DNA of 64,000 bases from Hyalangium minutum. GTDB lineage: Bacteria > Myxococcota > Myxococcia > Myxococcales > Myxococcaceae. The stretch is taken from contig NZ_JMCB01000006.1 of assembly GCF_000737315.1 (NCBI RefSeq), forward strand, positions 186,001-250,000, written 5' to 3'. The notes under the pieces were generated by a model. The model made no database searches, was not told the origin of the DNA, and saw nothing but the letters and a program-made list of their open reading frames with translations. Within the stretch, counting starts at the first letter, position 1. Each line of letters starts with the position of its first letter. A program made the position numbers and the translations under genes. Shown piece after piece: positions 28,273 to 37,111 of the stretch.

Positions 28273-29928
28273 ATGGCCTTCCACTTCGACCGGAACTGCC
28301 GGCTGCTGGGCCCGTTCATCGGCCACACCACCGAGACGGAGGCCCGCATCTGGCTGCACGTGGCGGACCTGAAGCCCGGCGAGCGCCGCACGCTCCATGT
28401 CACCCTCCATCCGGACCGGCCGAACGCTCGCGCCGTGCAGCGGCTGACGCTCACCGTCTCCGAGGAGGACTGTGGCGTGGGCGTGGTCAACATCTCGGGG
28501 CTGGAGCCAGACACGCTCTACGTGTACCGGCTGACGTGGGACGAGGCAGGGCTGGCACCGATTGACCCCGGGGGCCTGGCGCCCGAGGAGCTGTGCTTCC
28601 GGACGCTGCCCCGGGCTGGCTTCAACCAGCAGCTCGATTTCCTGGTGATGAGCTGCCACAACCCGGAGACGGCGGTGCGCGATGGGGCGAACGGCTTCGC
28701 GGTATGGGAGCAGATGCCGGAGATCATCGCGCACAACAAGAACGTGCGCTTCGCGCTGCTGATGGGCGATCAGATCTACGCGGACGACATCGAGCGGAAA
28801 GCGCTGCGAGAGGAAGACCCGCTCAAGCGCGTGAAGCTGTACCTGGGCATCTACCGCAAGTACTGGAGCGACTTGCGCTACCGACGGGTGCTGTGTCGGC
28901 TGCCCGCCTATCTGATGTGGGACGACCACGACATCACGGATGGGTGGGGCTCGCGGGAGGACTCCTTCGAGGAGGCGCAGTCGGATGAGTTCAAGCCCTC
29001 GTGGAAGGGGATGTTCCAGTCGGCGCGGACGGCGTTCCAGCACATGCAGGCCTCGCGCAACCCGCCGCCGCTGTCGCCGGGGTACCAGGAGGGCTTCGAC
29101 ACATGCTTCCGGGTGGGGCGTGCGGGCTTCGTGCTGCCGGACCTGCGCAGCCACCGCAACGTGCGGCAGGGTCGCATCTGGACAGAGGCGCAGCAGGCCG
29201 CGGTGGAGCGGTGGGTGGCGTCGGAGCGGGAGAACCTGGACGTACTGTTCTTCTGCAGCAGCGTCGTGTTCTCGCACGGGCACCACGGGCTGGAGGCGCT
29301 GATGCGGAGCGGCTGGCCGTACGTGCTGCAGGCGGTGTCGTGGATGGGCTCCATCCGCTACGCGGGCCTGCGCAGCATGGCGAGCAGCTTCCACAAGAAC
29401 ATCGGAGACCTGCGGGATGATCTGAACGACAGCTGGGGTGCCGAGCCGAACCGGCGAGCCGCGGATCGGATGCTGGACTTCCTGTTCGGCCTGCAGAACC
29501 CGCCGAAGGGGCAGCGGCCGCTGAGCGTGGTGGTGCTGGCGGGGGACATCCACACGCCAGGGTACTCGACGCTGTACTCGTCGGATCCAGCGCACCGGGA
29601 ACGGCCGTCCATTCCGCACGTGGTGGCGTCTCCGGTGTCCTATCAGCCGTTCAGCTGGATGGCGGAGGCGGTGTACCGGCGGCTGACGCGCGTGGTGACG
29701 CTGGGGGAGCGAGGCGTGTACAGCGCGCAGGTGAGTCACCACTTCTCGCAGCGCAATGTGGTGGTGACGTCGCTGCGCAACGTGGCGGCGGACGAGTGGC
29801 ACCTCAAGGTGAAGTTCTACCTGGAGGGCTACCCGGAACCGCGCATCCTGCTGTTCGACTTGCACCGCACCTCGGGCCGCGAGGACATTCCCTGGCCCCA
29901 GGCGCGCGAGCCAAGCTTGCTGGGGTGA
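28273..29928 (+). CDS. PhoD/alkaline phosphatase D family metallophosphoesterase, no signal peptide
   Basis: GPFIGHTT, FN3-like region (GLEPDTLYVYRL), SCHN, MGDQIYADD, MWDDHDITDGWG, DLRSHR, LAGDIH. Confidence 0.85.
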   Translation: MAFHFDRNCRLLGPFIGHTTETEARIWLHVADLKPGERRTLHVTLHPDRPNARAVQRLTLTVSEEDCGVGVVNISGLEPDTLYVYRLTWDEAGLAPIDPGGLAPEELCFRTLPRAGFNQQLDFLVMSCHNPETAVRDGANGFAVWEQMPEIIAHNKNVRFALLMGDQIYADDIERKALREEDPLKRVKLYLGIYRKYWSDLRYRRVLCRLPAYLMWDDHDITDGWGSREDSFEEAQSDEFKPSWKGMFQSARTAFQHMQASRNPPPLSPGYQEGFDTCFRVGRAGFVLPDLRSHRNVRQGRIWTEAQQAAVERWVASERENLDVLFFCSSVVFSHGHHGLEALMRSGWPYVLQAVSWMGSIRYAGLRSMASSFHKNIGDLRDDLNDSWGAEPNRRAADRMLDFLFGLQNPPKGQRPLSVVVLAGDIHTPGYSTLYSSDPAHRERPSIPHVVASPVSYQPFSWMAEAVYRRLTRVVTLGERGVYSAQVSHHFSQRNVVVTSLRNVAADEWHLKVKFYLEGYPEPRILLFDLHRTSGREDIPWPQAREPSLLG

Positions 29929-29936
29929 CAAACGCC

Positions 29937-30473
29937 ATGCCCCAGCAGTTGAATCAAGAGGAGCGCCTCATGCGCTGGGCCCGAGAGCGGGAGAGCCTCT
30001 TTCTCGCGCTCCAGCGTGCCTCCATTCCAGAGAAGCTCGTCGCGTATAAGCAGCTCGAGAAGCGCATCCTCAAGGAGACGCGAACGGCCCAGGAGCGGCA
30101 GGTGATCCAAAGGAGAATCTCCATGGATCTGCTTGTGGCTACCAGTGATGGTTCGTGGAGGGGATTTTCCCCTTACCTGAGGCGAGCGGAGCGGCTCGGC
30201 TACGCCTCCATGTTTGATCGGTTGCTGGCTTGCGTCCTGGCAGCCCAGGCGTCCAAGCAATCTCCTGTAGGCAGGACCAAGGCGACCGCGCTCATCACCG
30301 ACATCGAGCGGCGAACGCGTGGCCGGAAGCTTCATCCGGGAGTCCGTGAGGAGATTGATGGCGCACTGTCACGCGCCCGCCGGATCTTGGGTATCAACAC
30401 GATCAAGGCTGGCGCGCACAGCTCAGCCTCTCCAACGAGCTTGAGTGCTCGCAAGCGCCGCCCGAGCAAATAA
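29937..30473 (+). CDS. Basic, helical hypothetical protein with atypical codon usage
   Basis: Begins 8 nt after the PhoD-like stop; locally lower GC (32 of 60 in bases 30121-30180); RLGY motif. Confidence 0.65.
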   Translation: MPQQLNQEERLMRWARERESLFLALQRASIPEKLVAYKQLEKRILKETRTAQERQVIQRRISMDLLVATSDGSWRGFSPYLRRAERLGYASMFDRLLACVLAAQASKQSPVGRTKATALITDIERRTRGRKLHPGVREEIDGALSRARRILGINTIKAGAHSSASPTSLSARKRRPSK

Positions 30474-30531
30474 CCGGTGCACCCGCGCCTAGCCTGCGGC
30501 GGCCATATGGAGGCGCTATGCTCCGCGCGCC

Positions 30532-31722
30532 ATGCCCTCTCCCTTCGCCGAGCACTTCCCCGCCCTGCGCTCGGGCTTCAGCTTCCTCGACAACGCCGCA
30601 GGCGCCCAGGTGCCCTCGCACACCATCGAGGCCATCACCCAGTTCCTCTCCCAGGGGAGCTGCAACGTGGGCCAGCCGTACCCAGCCTCCCGCGTTGCCA
30701 CGGAGATCAAAGCCCAGGCACGCGCTGCCACTGCGGACTTCCTCCACTGCAAGCCCGAGGAGGTCATGCTCGGCACCAGCGCCACCGCGCTCACCTTCCA
30801 GCTCGCCCGCGCCTTCTCGCGCATCTTCCAGCCGGGCGATGAGATTGTCGTCTCCGAGCTCGAGCACGAGTCCAACGCCAGCCCGTGGCGCTCGCTCGAG
30901 GCGCAAGGTGTCCACATCAAGGTGTGGAAGGCCCGCTGGCCCGCGGGGCAGCTGGAGCCCTCCCAGCTCCGCTCGCTGCTCACGCCACGCACGCGGCTCA
31001 TTGCCGTGACGGCCGCTTCCAACTCGGTGGGAAGCACTCCGGAGCTCGCCGCTGTCTCGGAGCTGGCTCGAACCGTGGGCGCCTGGGTCATCGTGGATGC
31101 CGTGCACTCCAGCCCTCACCACCTGCCAGACGTGCAGCGCTGGGGCGCGGACTTCGCCGTGTTCTCGCCCTATAAGGTCTTCGGCCCCCACCTCGGGTGC
31201 ATGTACGTGCGCCAGGAGCTGCTGCCCAGGCTGCCAGCGGATCGGCTGTGGTTCATCCCGGAGGACAGCCCTCAGAAGTTCGAGCCCGGCACCGCCAACC
31301 ACGAGGGCCTCGCAGGCTGGCTCGGCACGTTGCGCTACGTGAGAGAAGTGCTCGGGGACGGAAGTACCGGACGCCAGGGCCTGGAACAAGCCTGGCGCCG
31401 CATCGAATCCCTCGAGCGCCCCCTGCTCGAGAACGCCCTGGAGCGCCTGCTGCGTCATCCCCGCGTGACGCTCTATGGTCCCCCCGAACCCCAGGGCCGC
31501 GTGGCCACCTTCTGCTTCAACGTGCCGGGCCTCTCTCCCCGGGCCGTAGCCGAGCACCTCGCCCAGAACGGCGTGGCCGTGGCGGCGGGCCACTACTACG
31601 CCACCCTGGCCGCGCAGGCGCTCGGCATCATGCCCGAGGGAGCAGTGCGGGCCTCTCTGCTCCACTACAACACCCTCGAGGACATCGACCGTCTCCTCGC
31701 AGCCCTGGATACTCTCCCGTAG
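30532..31722 (+). CDS. Class V PLP-dependent enzyme, cysteine desulfurase-like but lacking the catalytic Cys
   Basis: FLDNAAGAQVP, EHESN, VDAVH, FSPYKVFGPH (PLP Lys), FEPGT; AAGHYYA stands where SufS has RxGHHCA. Confidence 0.9.
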   Translation: MPSPFAEHFPALRSGFSFLDNAAGAQVPSHTIEAITQFLSQGSCNVGQPYPASRVATEIKAQARAATADFLHCKPEEVMLGTSATALTFQLARAFSRIFQPGDEIVVSELEHESNASPWRSLEAQGVHIKVWKARWPAGQLEPSQLRSLLTPRTRLIAVTAASNSVGSTPELAAVSELARTVGAWVIVDAVHSSPHHLPDVQRWGADFAVFSPYKVFGPHLGCMYVRQELLPRLPADRLWFIPEDSPQKFEPGTANHEGLAGWLGTLRYVREVLGDGSTGRQGLEQAWRRIESLERPLLENALERLLRHPRVTLYGPPEPQGRVATFCFNVPGLSPRAVAEHLAQNGVAVAAGHYYATLAAQALGIMPEGAVRASLLHYNTLEDIDRLLAALDTLP

Positions 31723-31809
31723 ACACCTGCTTCCAGAAACGAGGCAGGCACTTGGACTCCTGTTTGGGCAGCATGAACTCTCTGCCCCCAAGAGCCGGTT
31801 GTGGGTGGC

Positions 31810-33507
31810 ATGCGTTTCTTCTCCGCCTCCCTGCTCTCTGTGCTCGTCGCGGGCACTGTCTCCGCCGCGCCCGCGGTCTGGACTGAAGGCCCGCTCCTCA
31901 AAGTGGGTCCCTCGACACCGGCCCAGAACCTCGCGCCCGCTCGCCTCTTGGCGGCTCGCAACGAGTTCGAGTCCTTCCAGATCGTCATCCGCGGGGAGGC
32001 CCCCGTCTCCGGCGTTCGCGCGAAGGTCGGCGAACTGACTGGCCCCCATGGCGCGAAGATCCCTCAGTCGAATGTGCGCCTCTACCGCGAGGCGCTCATC
32101 AACGTCACCACGCCATCGGGCGCGATCGGCGCCAAGGGGCGCTTTCCGGATGGCCTCATCCCAGATGTGGACGAGGTGGACGGCCAGATGCGCTCCGCTT
32201 TCCCCTTCGATATTCCCGCGGGTGAGGCGCACGCCCTCTGGGTGGATGTCCTCGTGCCCCTGGATGCACCGGCCGGCCTCTACACCGGCACCCTCCAGGT
32301 CTCCGCGGACGGGCTCGACACCCAGGTCCCCGTGGAGCTCGAGGTCCTCGGCTTCACCCTGCCCTCCACCCCAACGCTCTCGACGGCCTTCCGCGCCTGG
32401 CCCGCGTTCGTCTGCCTCGCTCACACGGGCACGGCCGACTGCGGGAGCCCCGAGACGGCCATCGAGCTGCTCTCGAAGTACGCGCGGCTTGCGCTCGATC
32501 ACCGCATCTCGCTCTCGAACCTCTTCGTCCTGCGCCGCGATCCCCAAGACACCGGAGTGGTGCTCGGCAAGAACGGCGAGGACTGGTCGGGCTTCGATAC
32601 GGCTTTCAGCCCGCTCCTGAACGGCACCGCGGCGACACAGCTCACCGGCGCGAAGCTCACCGCTGTCGAGTATGGCTGGGAACTCTCCCCCGAGGCGCTC
32701 GCGTCCTATGGCCAGCACGCCCGTGACAAGGGCTTTTTGGACCGCGTCTTCGACTACACCGCCGACGAGCCTCCTTATGGAAGCAAGTGGGAGGACATCG
32801 CGCCCCGGTCCGCCATCGTCCACGCCGCCGTCCCGGACATGCGCACGCTCGTCACCACGAACGTCAACGCCGCCACCGACAACAAGCTCGCGGACAGCCT
32901 CGACATCCTCGTGCCCGTCGTGAACCACATGGATGCACCCTTCGCCCCGTTCGCCGGCAATCAGCGGCCTCGCTACGAGGACTTCACCCGCCGGGGCGGA
33001 GAGCTCTGGCTGTACCAGAGCTGCATGAGCCACGGCTGCTCGTTCGGCGGCGCGGAGGAGGGCGCGTCCTGGCCGAGCTACATGGTCGATGTCTCCGCGC
33101 CTCGCAACCGCGCCATGCAGTGGGTCGACTTCGCGTACGGCGCGACGGGCGAGCTCTATTACGAGACCGTGCTCGCCTATGACCGTGACCCGTGGGCGGA
33201 CCAGTTCACCTTCAGCGGCAACGGCGATGGCACGCTGCTCTACCCCGGCAAGCCTTCGAAGATCGGCGGCAGCTCCGAGGTCCCCGTGCCCTCGCTGCGG
33301 CTCAAGCACATCCGCGACGGCATCGAGGACTACGAGTACCTGACCCTGCTGGCGAAGCTGGGGGACCGGGCGCTCGCGGAGAAGCTCGCGCGAGAGGTCG
33401 TCCCCACGGCCCACCGCATCAGCGAGAACCCGAACGTCATCCTCGAGGCGCGCCGCACCGCAGGCCGCCGGATCGCGGAGCTCAGCGCCCAGGCCGCTCC
33501 GGGCTGA
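31810..33507 (+). CDS. Secreted DUF4091/GH123-like glycoside hydrolase
   Basis: Signal peptide; AARNEFESFQ, ADEP, GNGDGTLLYPG, SLRLKHIRDGIEDYEYL. Confidence 0.85.
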   Translation: MRFFSASLLSVLVAGTVSAAPAVWTEGPLLKVGPSTPAQNLAPARLLAARNEFESFQIVIRGEAPVSGVRAKVGELTGPHGAKIPQSNVRLYREALINVTTPSGAIGAKGRFPDGLIPDVDEVDGQMRSAFPFDIPAGEAHALWVDVLVPLDAPAGLYTGTLQVSADGLDTQVPVELEVLGFTLPSTPTLSTAFRAWPAFVCLAHTGTADCGSPETAIELLSKYARLALDHRISLSNLFVLRRDPQDTGVVLGKNGEDWSGFDTAFSPLLNGTAATQLTGAKLTAVEYGWELSPEALASYGQHARDKGFLDRVFDYTADEPPYGSKWEDIAPRSAIVHAAVPDMRTLVTTNVNAATDNKLADSLDILVPVVNHMDAPFAPFAGNQRPRYEDFTRRGGELWLYQSCMSHGCSFGGAEEGASWPSYMVDVSAPRNRAMQWVDFAYGATGELYYETVLAYDRDPWADQFTFSGNGDGTLLYPGKPSKIGGSSEVPVPSLRLKHIRDGIEDYEYLTLLAKLGDRALAEKLAREVVPTAHRISENPNVILEARRTAGRRIAELSAQAAPG

Positions 33508-33632
33508 GGCCCGGACCTCATCTCGGCGGACTCAGCAGGGCATGGACGTGAATGTCTTCACCCGCGGTGCGAATCGGCACCTCTGGCAGAACGGATCCTT
33601 GTGTATCCTCGGGTCCTCTTCCGGAGCCTCCG

Positions 33633-36600
33633 ATGCCCACCACCCTTCGTCACTCCTTCTGTACCCTGACGTATGACTCCACCCACCGGCGCGAGGGCTT
33701 CGCGGACTGGGTGGTAGGCAATGCGTTCGCCTTCCACGCGGGCCAGGGTCCGGGGCCGCAGGTGCTCTTTCTCGGGAGCCCGGGCACGCTCGGCCAGGCG
33801 AGCAACCCGGTGAAGATCCAGCCGGAGGGGCTCGGCTTTCCTCCGCTCGTCGCGGTGATCACCGACAAGATGCTGTACCGCGAGGGCGACGACACCGTGC
33901 GCATCGTGGTGTACGCGCCCCGAGCCAGCGGCGCGGTGCAGCTCCGGCTCCTGCTCAACGGCTCGGAGCTGGCGAAGGTCCAGGTGGACGTGGACGAGAA
34001 CGGCCTGGGCCTGTTCGAGCTGAGGGATCCTGTCGCGGGCTCCTACTCCGTGGAGCAGGAAGCGGCGAAGGCCTCGTTCACCGTCGCGGCCTACAAGCTG
34101 GCGCCCCTCACCGGGCGGCTGGATCAGGTGCGCATCGAGGGCGGCAAGGGCGCGGAGACGCTGCACTTCACCGCGGTGCTGGAGACCTATGGAGCACCGC
34201 TCACGGGCTCGGTGAAGGTGACCCTCGTCGACATGGGCAGCCACCCGCCGGTTCATCGGACGTCTCTCACGCTGGAGGCCGATTCCGCCGGACGGCTCGA
34301 GGGCTCGGTCGCGCTCTCGGGTGCGGGCCCTTTCGCGCTGCAGGTGCAGGCCACGCGGGATGCGATGAAGACGGCCACCCTGCCCCTCCCCGGCTCGCGC
34401 CAGGAGGAGCGCGAGGAGGTGGTGCTCTCCGCGTGGGGCACTCGCACCGTGGCGCGCTTGGTGCCCTTCGAGGGCGCGCATGAGCGGCGAGGGCTGTGGA
34501 TCGGCTCCGGCGGCGAGAGCAAGGGCGCGCCCCTTCAGCTCGTGGAGGAGAACGGCAAGGCGCGGGTGCGCTTCCGGGCGGACATCGATGCGTGGCGCAT
34601 CGTCGTGATGGATGTGCACCGGGGCTCGGTCCAGGAGCTGTCCGGCGGGGCCACCGAGGCGGGCACTTCGCTGGATCTCCCCCTGGCCGGAACGTGGACG
34701 CTGGTGCTCGCAGGGCTCGCCTATCTGGGCCAGCGCTGGGAGGGCCGGGCCGCGCTCGTGGTCCCCGGCAAGCAGGTCCAGGTGCAGGCCCCGAAGACCG
34801 CGGGCCCGGGTGAAGAGGTGGACATCACCCTCCGAGGCACTCCGGGCGCCAGCGCCTTCGTGCTCGTCAAGGATCTGCGGCTGCAGGTGGCGGACACGCC
34901 TCAGTCCGCGACCGCCGCCTCCCTGCGCCGGCAGCTCGAGCATGCGCTCAAGGGCGTCAGCGATGGTCCAGTTCAGCGGACCCTCGATGCGCTGATCCCG
35001 CATCCTCCCCCACCGATGCCTCCCATGATGCCGGCCATGCCGATGATGGCCGTGCCCGCCCCCGCCCCCGGAGGTGCAGTGGTCCGGCGAGCTGGCGGCA
35101 TGCCACCCTCTCGGGCGCTGAGGGAAGAGAGGGCCACCGGCTCTCACCAAGCCCTCAGCAAGCAGGGAGGAGCCCCCGCGGCGGAAGCCGCCGCACCGGA
35201 CGAGAAGCCCGCGGAGGGACCCTCTCGGAGCTCATTCCCGGACGTGATGCTGGCGCGCGTCGTGCGGCTGGATGCGGAGGGCAAGGCAATCGTCCCGGTG
35301 AAGCTCGGCGACGGCATGGGCTCGCTGGCCGTGGAGGTCTTCTCGGTGACGCGCGAGGACTGGGCGGTGGCCCGCGCGGAGTTGCTGGTGACGAAGCCTG
35401 TCTTCGGAGAGCTGGTGCTGCCACGCTTCGTAGCGGCCGGAGACCACGCCGAGGGCGTGCTGCACGTCCGCGTGGCCTCAGGCGAGGCCACCGTCACCCT
35501 CCGGCGCGAGGGCAAGCCCGTGCGCCTGTTCTGCACCAATGAGAGCGGCGAGCAGCTGACCCTCACGGCACCAGGACAGGTGGTGCGCTTCGCCGCTCAG
35601 GCCGGCCGCTACCAGGCCGAGGTCCGCGGCGAGTCGCTCGTGGATCGCGCCGAGGGCAAGGTGGAGGAGCCCGGCAAGCTGGTCTGGCTGCAGCAGGCGC
35701 TGCGGATGCTGTCACCCGGCGAGCGCGTGGACCTGGAGCAGGAGCCGGGAGGCCTGGCGCTCAAGGTGCTGCCCTCGATCGACAAGACCTTCGATCGGAT
35801 GGTGGGCGGCCTTCGCTCTTACGCGCACTGCTGCTGTGAGCAGACGAGCGCCGTGCTGCTGGCGGCCACTGCCGCGTGGCTGACGGCGAAGGATGAGGAC
35901 ACGAAGCGCTCGGCGGCGGCGCACATGCGCGCGTGCATCGCCCGCGAGGAGTCCATGTACCTGCCGGGCAAGGGCTTCAAGGGCTGGCCCGAGTATCCGC
36001 CCGAGGTGTTCACGTACTCGCCCGGCGCCACGCTCAACCTGCTGCAGATGGACATGGTGAAGGCGTTCCCCATGGACAAGGAGCTGGCGAAGTCCGTGGA
36101 CCGCTGCCTGGAGATGGCCCGGGATGCGGCGAAGGCCCACGGGATTGATCCGGCCCCGCCGTCGCCCAAGTCCGCCCGGGAGGCCTACGGCCGCTTCTCG
36201 AAGTTCACCCAGGACCGCGAGAAGATGGCCGCCTTCATCCGCGAGCGCATCGAGCCGTGGGAGAAGCAGCTCAAGGCCATCCTCAAGTTCGAGTTGCCGG
36301 CCCTGCGCACGGAGAGCTACCACCACACCCCGGCGATGATCCGGGCGGAGACGGCCTTCGGGGCGGCGGCGCTGATCGAGGCCGGCGGAGAGCACCTGCC
36401 TCACGGACTCGCCCTGGCCAACACCGTTCTGGGGGCAGTCCAGGAGAACGGCAGCCTCTACTCCACGCTGGACTCGGTGGCGGCCATCACGCTGCTGGCG
36501 GCGCTGCGCAATGCCCGCATCGCCGTCGGGCCCGAGGGGAAGATCCGCGTGGATGGGCAGGACACGACGCTGGCCCAGGCAGTGACTCGCACGGGGCTCC

Positions 36601-37094
36601 GCCAGGTGGAGGCCGTGGAGGGCAGCGTGCAGGTGCAGGTGGATCGCATCGTCGAGGAGGACTACACGGCGATCAACGAGGGCGTGAAGGCCCACGTCGC
36701 GCTGATGCGCAGCGGCCGCGCGGCGGGCGTGCTGGCGCCGGGAGACTCGGTGGACCTGGTCATCACGCTGGAGAGTGGGTACCAGGCGGGAGACCTCGTG
36801 CACGTGTTCCTGCCGGATGCACTCTCGTGGGTGCATGGAGGCGGACAGGTGAAGCGCTTCTCACTGGACCTCGTGGGCCAGAACGAGATCCGCGTCCCGC
36901 TGGCCGCCACGGGTTTGACGCTGGATGCCAGCGGAGGCCCCGGCCGCCAGCGCTTCGCGGTGGCCGTGCGCAACATGTACGACGAGAAGCGGGGCAAGGG
37001 CTTCGGAGACCTCGAGGTGTCCGTCCACAAGACCGCCGGGCCCGGTGGATTGGCCCAGCGCGTCCTGAAGGGGCTCAAGGACCTGGTCGGCTGA
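33633..37094 (+). CDS. Alpha-2-macroglobulin-like thioester protein with no recognisable signal peptide
   Basis: MG2 signature TDKMLYREGD, low-complexity bait-like segment, RSSFPDV, VTKPVFGELVLPRFVAAGD, thioester YAHCCCEQTS; about 1153 aa. Confidence 0.85.
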   Translation: MPTTLRHSFCTLTYDSTHRREGFADWVVGNAFAFHAGQGPGPQVLFLGSPGTLGQASNPVKIQPEGLGFPPLVAVITDKMLYREGDDTVRIVVYAPRASGAVQLRLLLNGSELAKVQVDVDENGLGLFELRDPVAGSYSVEQEAAKASFTVAAYKLAPLTGRLDQVRIEGGKGAETLHFTAVLETYGAPLTGSVKVTLVDMGSHPPVHRTSLTLEADSAGRLEGSVALSGAGPFALQVQATRDAMKTATLPLPGSRQEEREEVVLSAWGTRTVARLVPFEGAHERRGLWIGSGGESKGAPLQLVEENGKARVRFRADIDAWRIVVMDVHRGSVQELSGGATEAGTSLDLPLAGTWTLVLAGLAYLGQRWEGRAALVVPGKQVQVQAPKTAGPGEEVDITLRGTPGASAFVLVKDLRLQVADTPQSATAASLRRQLEHALKGVSDGPVQRTLDALIPHPPPPMPPMMPAMPMMAVPAPAPGGAVVRRAGGMPPSRALREERATGSHQALSKQGGAPAAEAAAPDEKPAEGPSRSSFPDVMLARVVRLDAEGKAIVPVKLGDGMGSLAVEVFSVTREDWAVARAELLVTKPVFGELVLPRFVAAGDHAEGVLHVRVASGEATVTLRREGKPVRLFCTNESGEQLTLTAPGQVVRFAAQAGRYQAEVRGESLVDRAEGKVEEPGKLVWLQQALRMLSPGERVDLEQEPGGLALKVLPSIDKTFDRMVGGLRSYAHCCCEQTSAVLLAATAAWLTAKDEDTKRSAAAHMRACIAREESMYLPGKGFKGWPEYPPEVFTYSPGATLNLLQMDMVKAFPMDKELAKSVDRCLEMARDAAKAHGIDPAPPSPKSAREAYGRFSKFTQDREKMAAFIRERIEPWEKQLKAILKFELPALRTESYHHTPAMIRAETAFGAAALIEAGGEHLPHGLALANTVLGAVQENGSLYSTLDSVAAITLLAALRNARIAVGPEGKIRVDGQDTTLAQAVTRTGLRQVEAVEGSVQVQVDRIVEEDYTAINEGVKAHVALMRSGRAAGVLAPGDSVDLVITLESGYQAGDLVHVFLPDALSWVHGGGQVKRFSLDLVGQNEIRVPLAATGLTLDASGGPGRQRFAVAVRNMYDEKRGKGFGDLEVSVHKTAGPGGLAQRVLKGLKDLVG

Positions 37095-37111
37095 CCTGAC
37101 ACCAACGCCTC

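Noticed and set aside
30532-31722. sufS/csdA gene symbol
   Set aside because: Catalytic Cys is absent and there is no Fe-S cluster assembly context.
30403-33414. 1003-aa minus-strand ORF, and similar long antisense ORFs (27472-29931, 38174-40678, 42727-44829, 59748-62042)
   Set aside because: Shadow frames of well-supported opposite-strand genes; stop-poor because of high GC3; His/Arg/Val-rich with no motifs.
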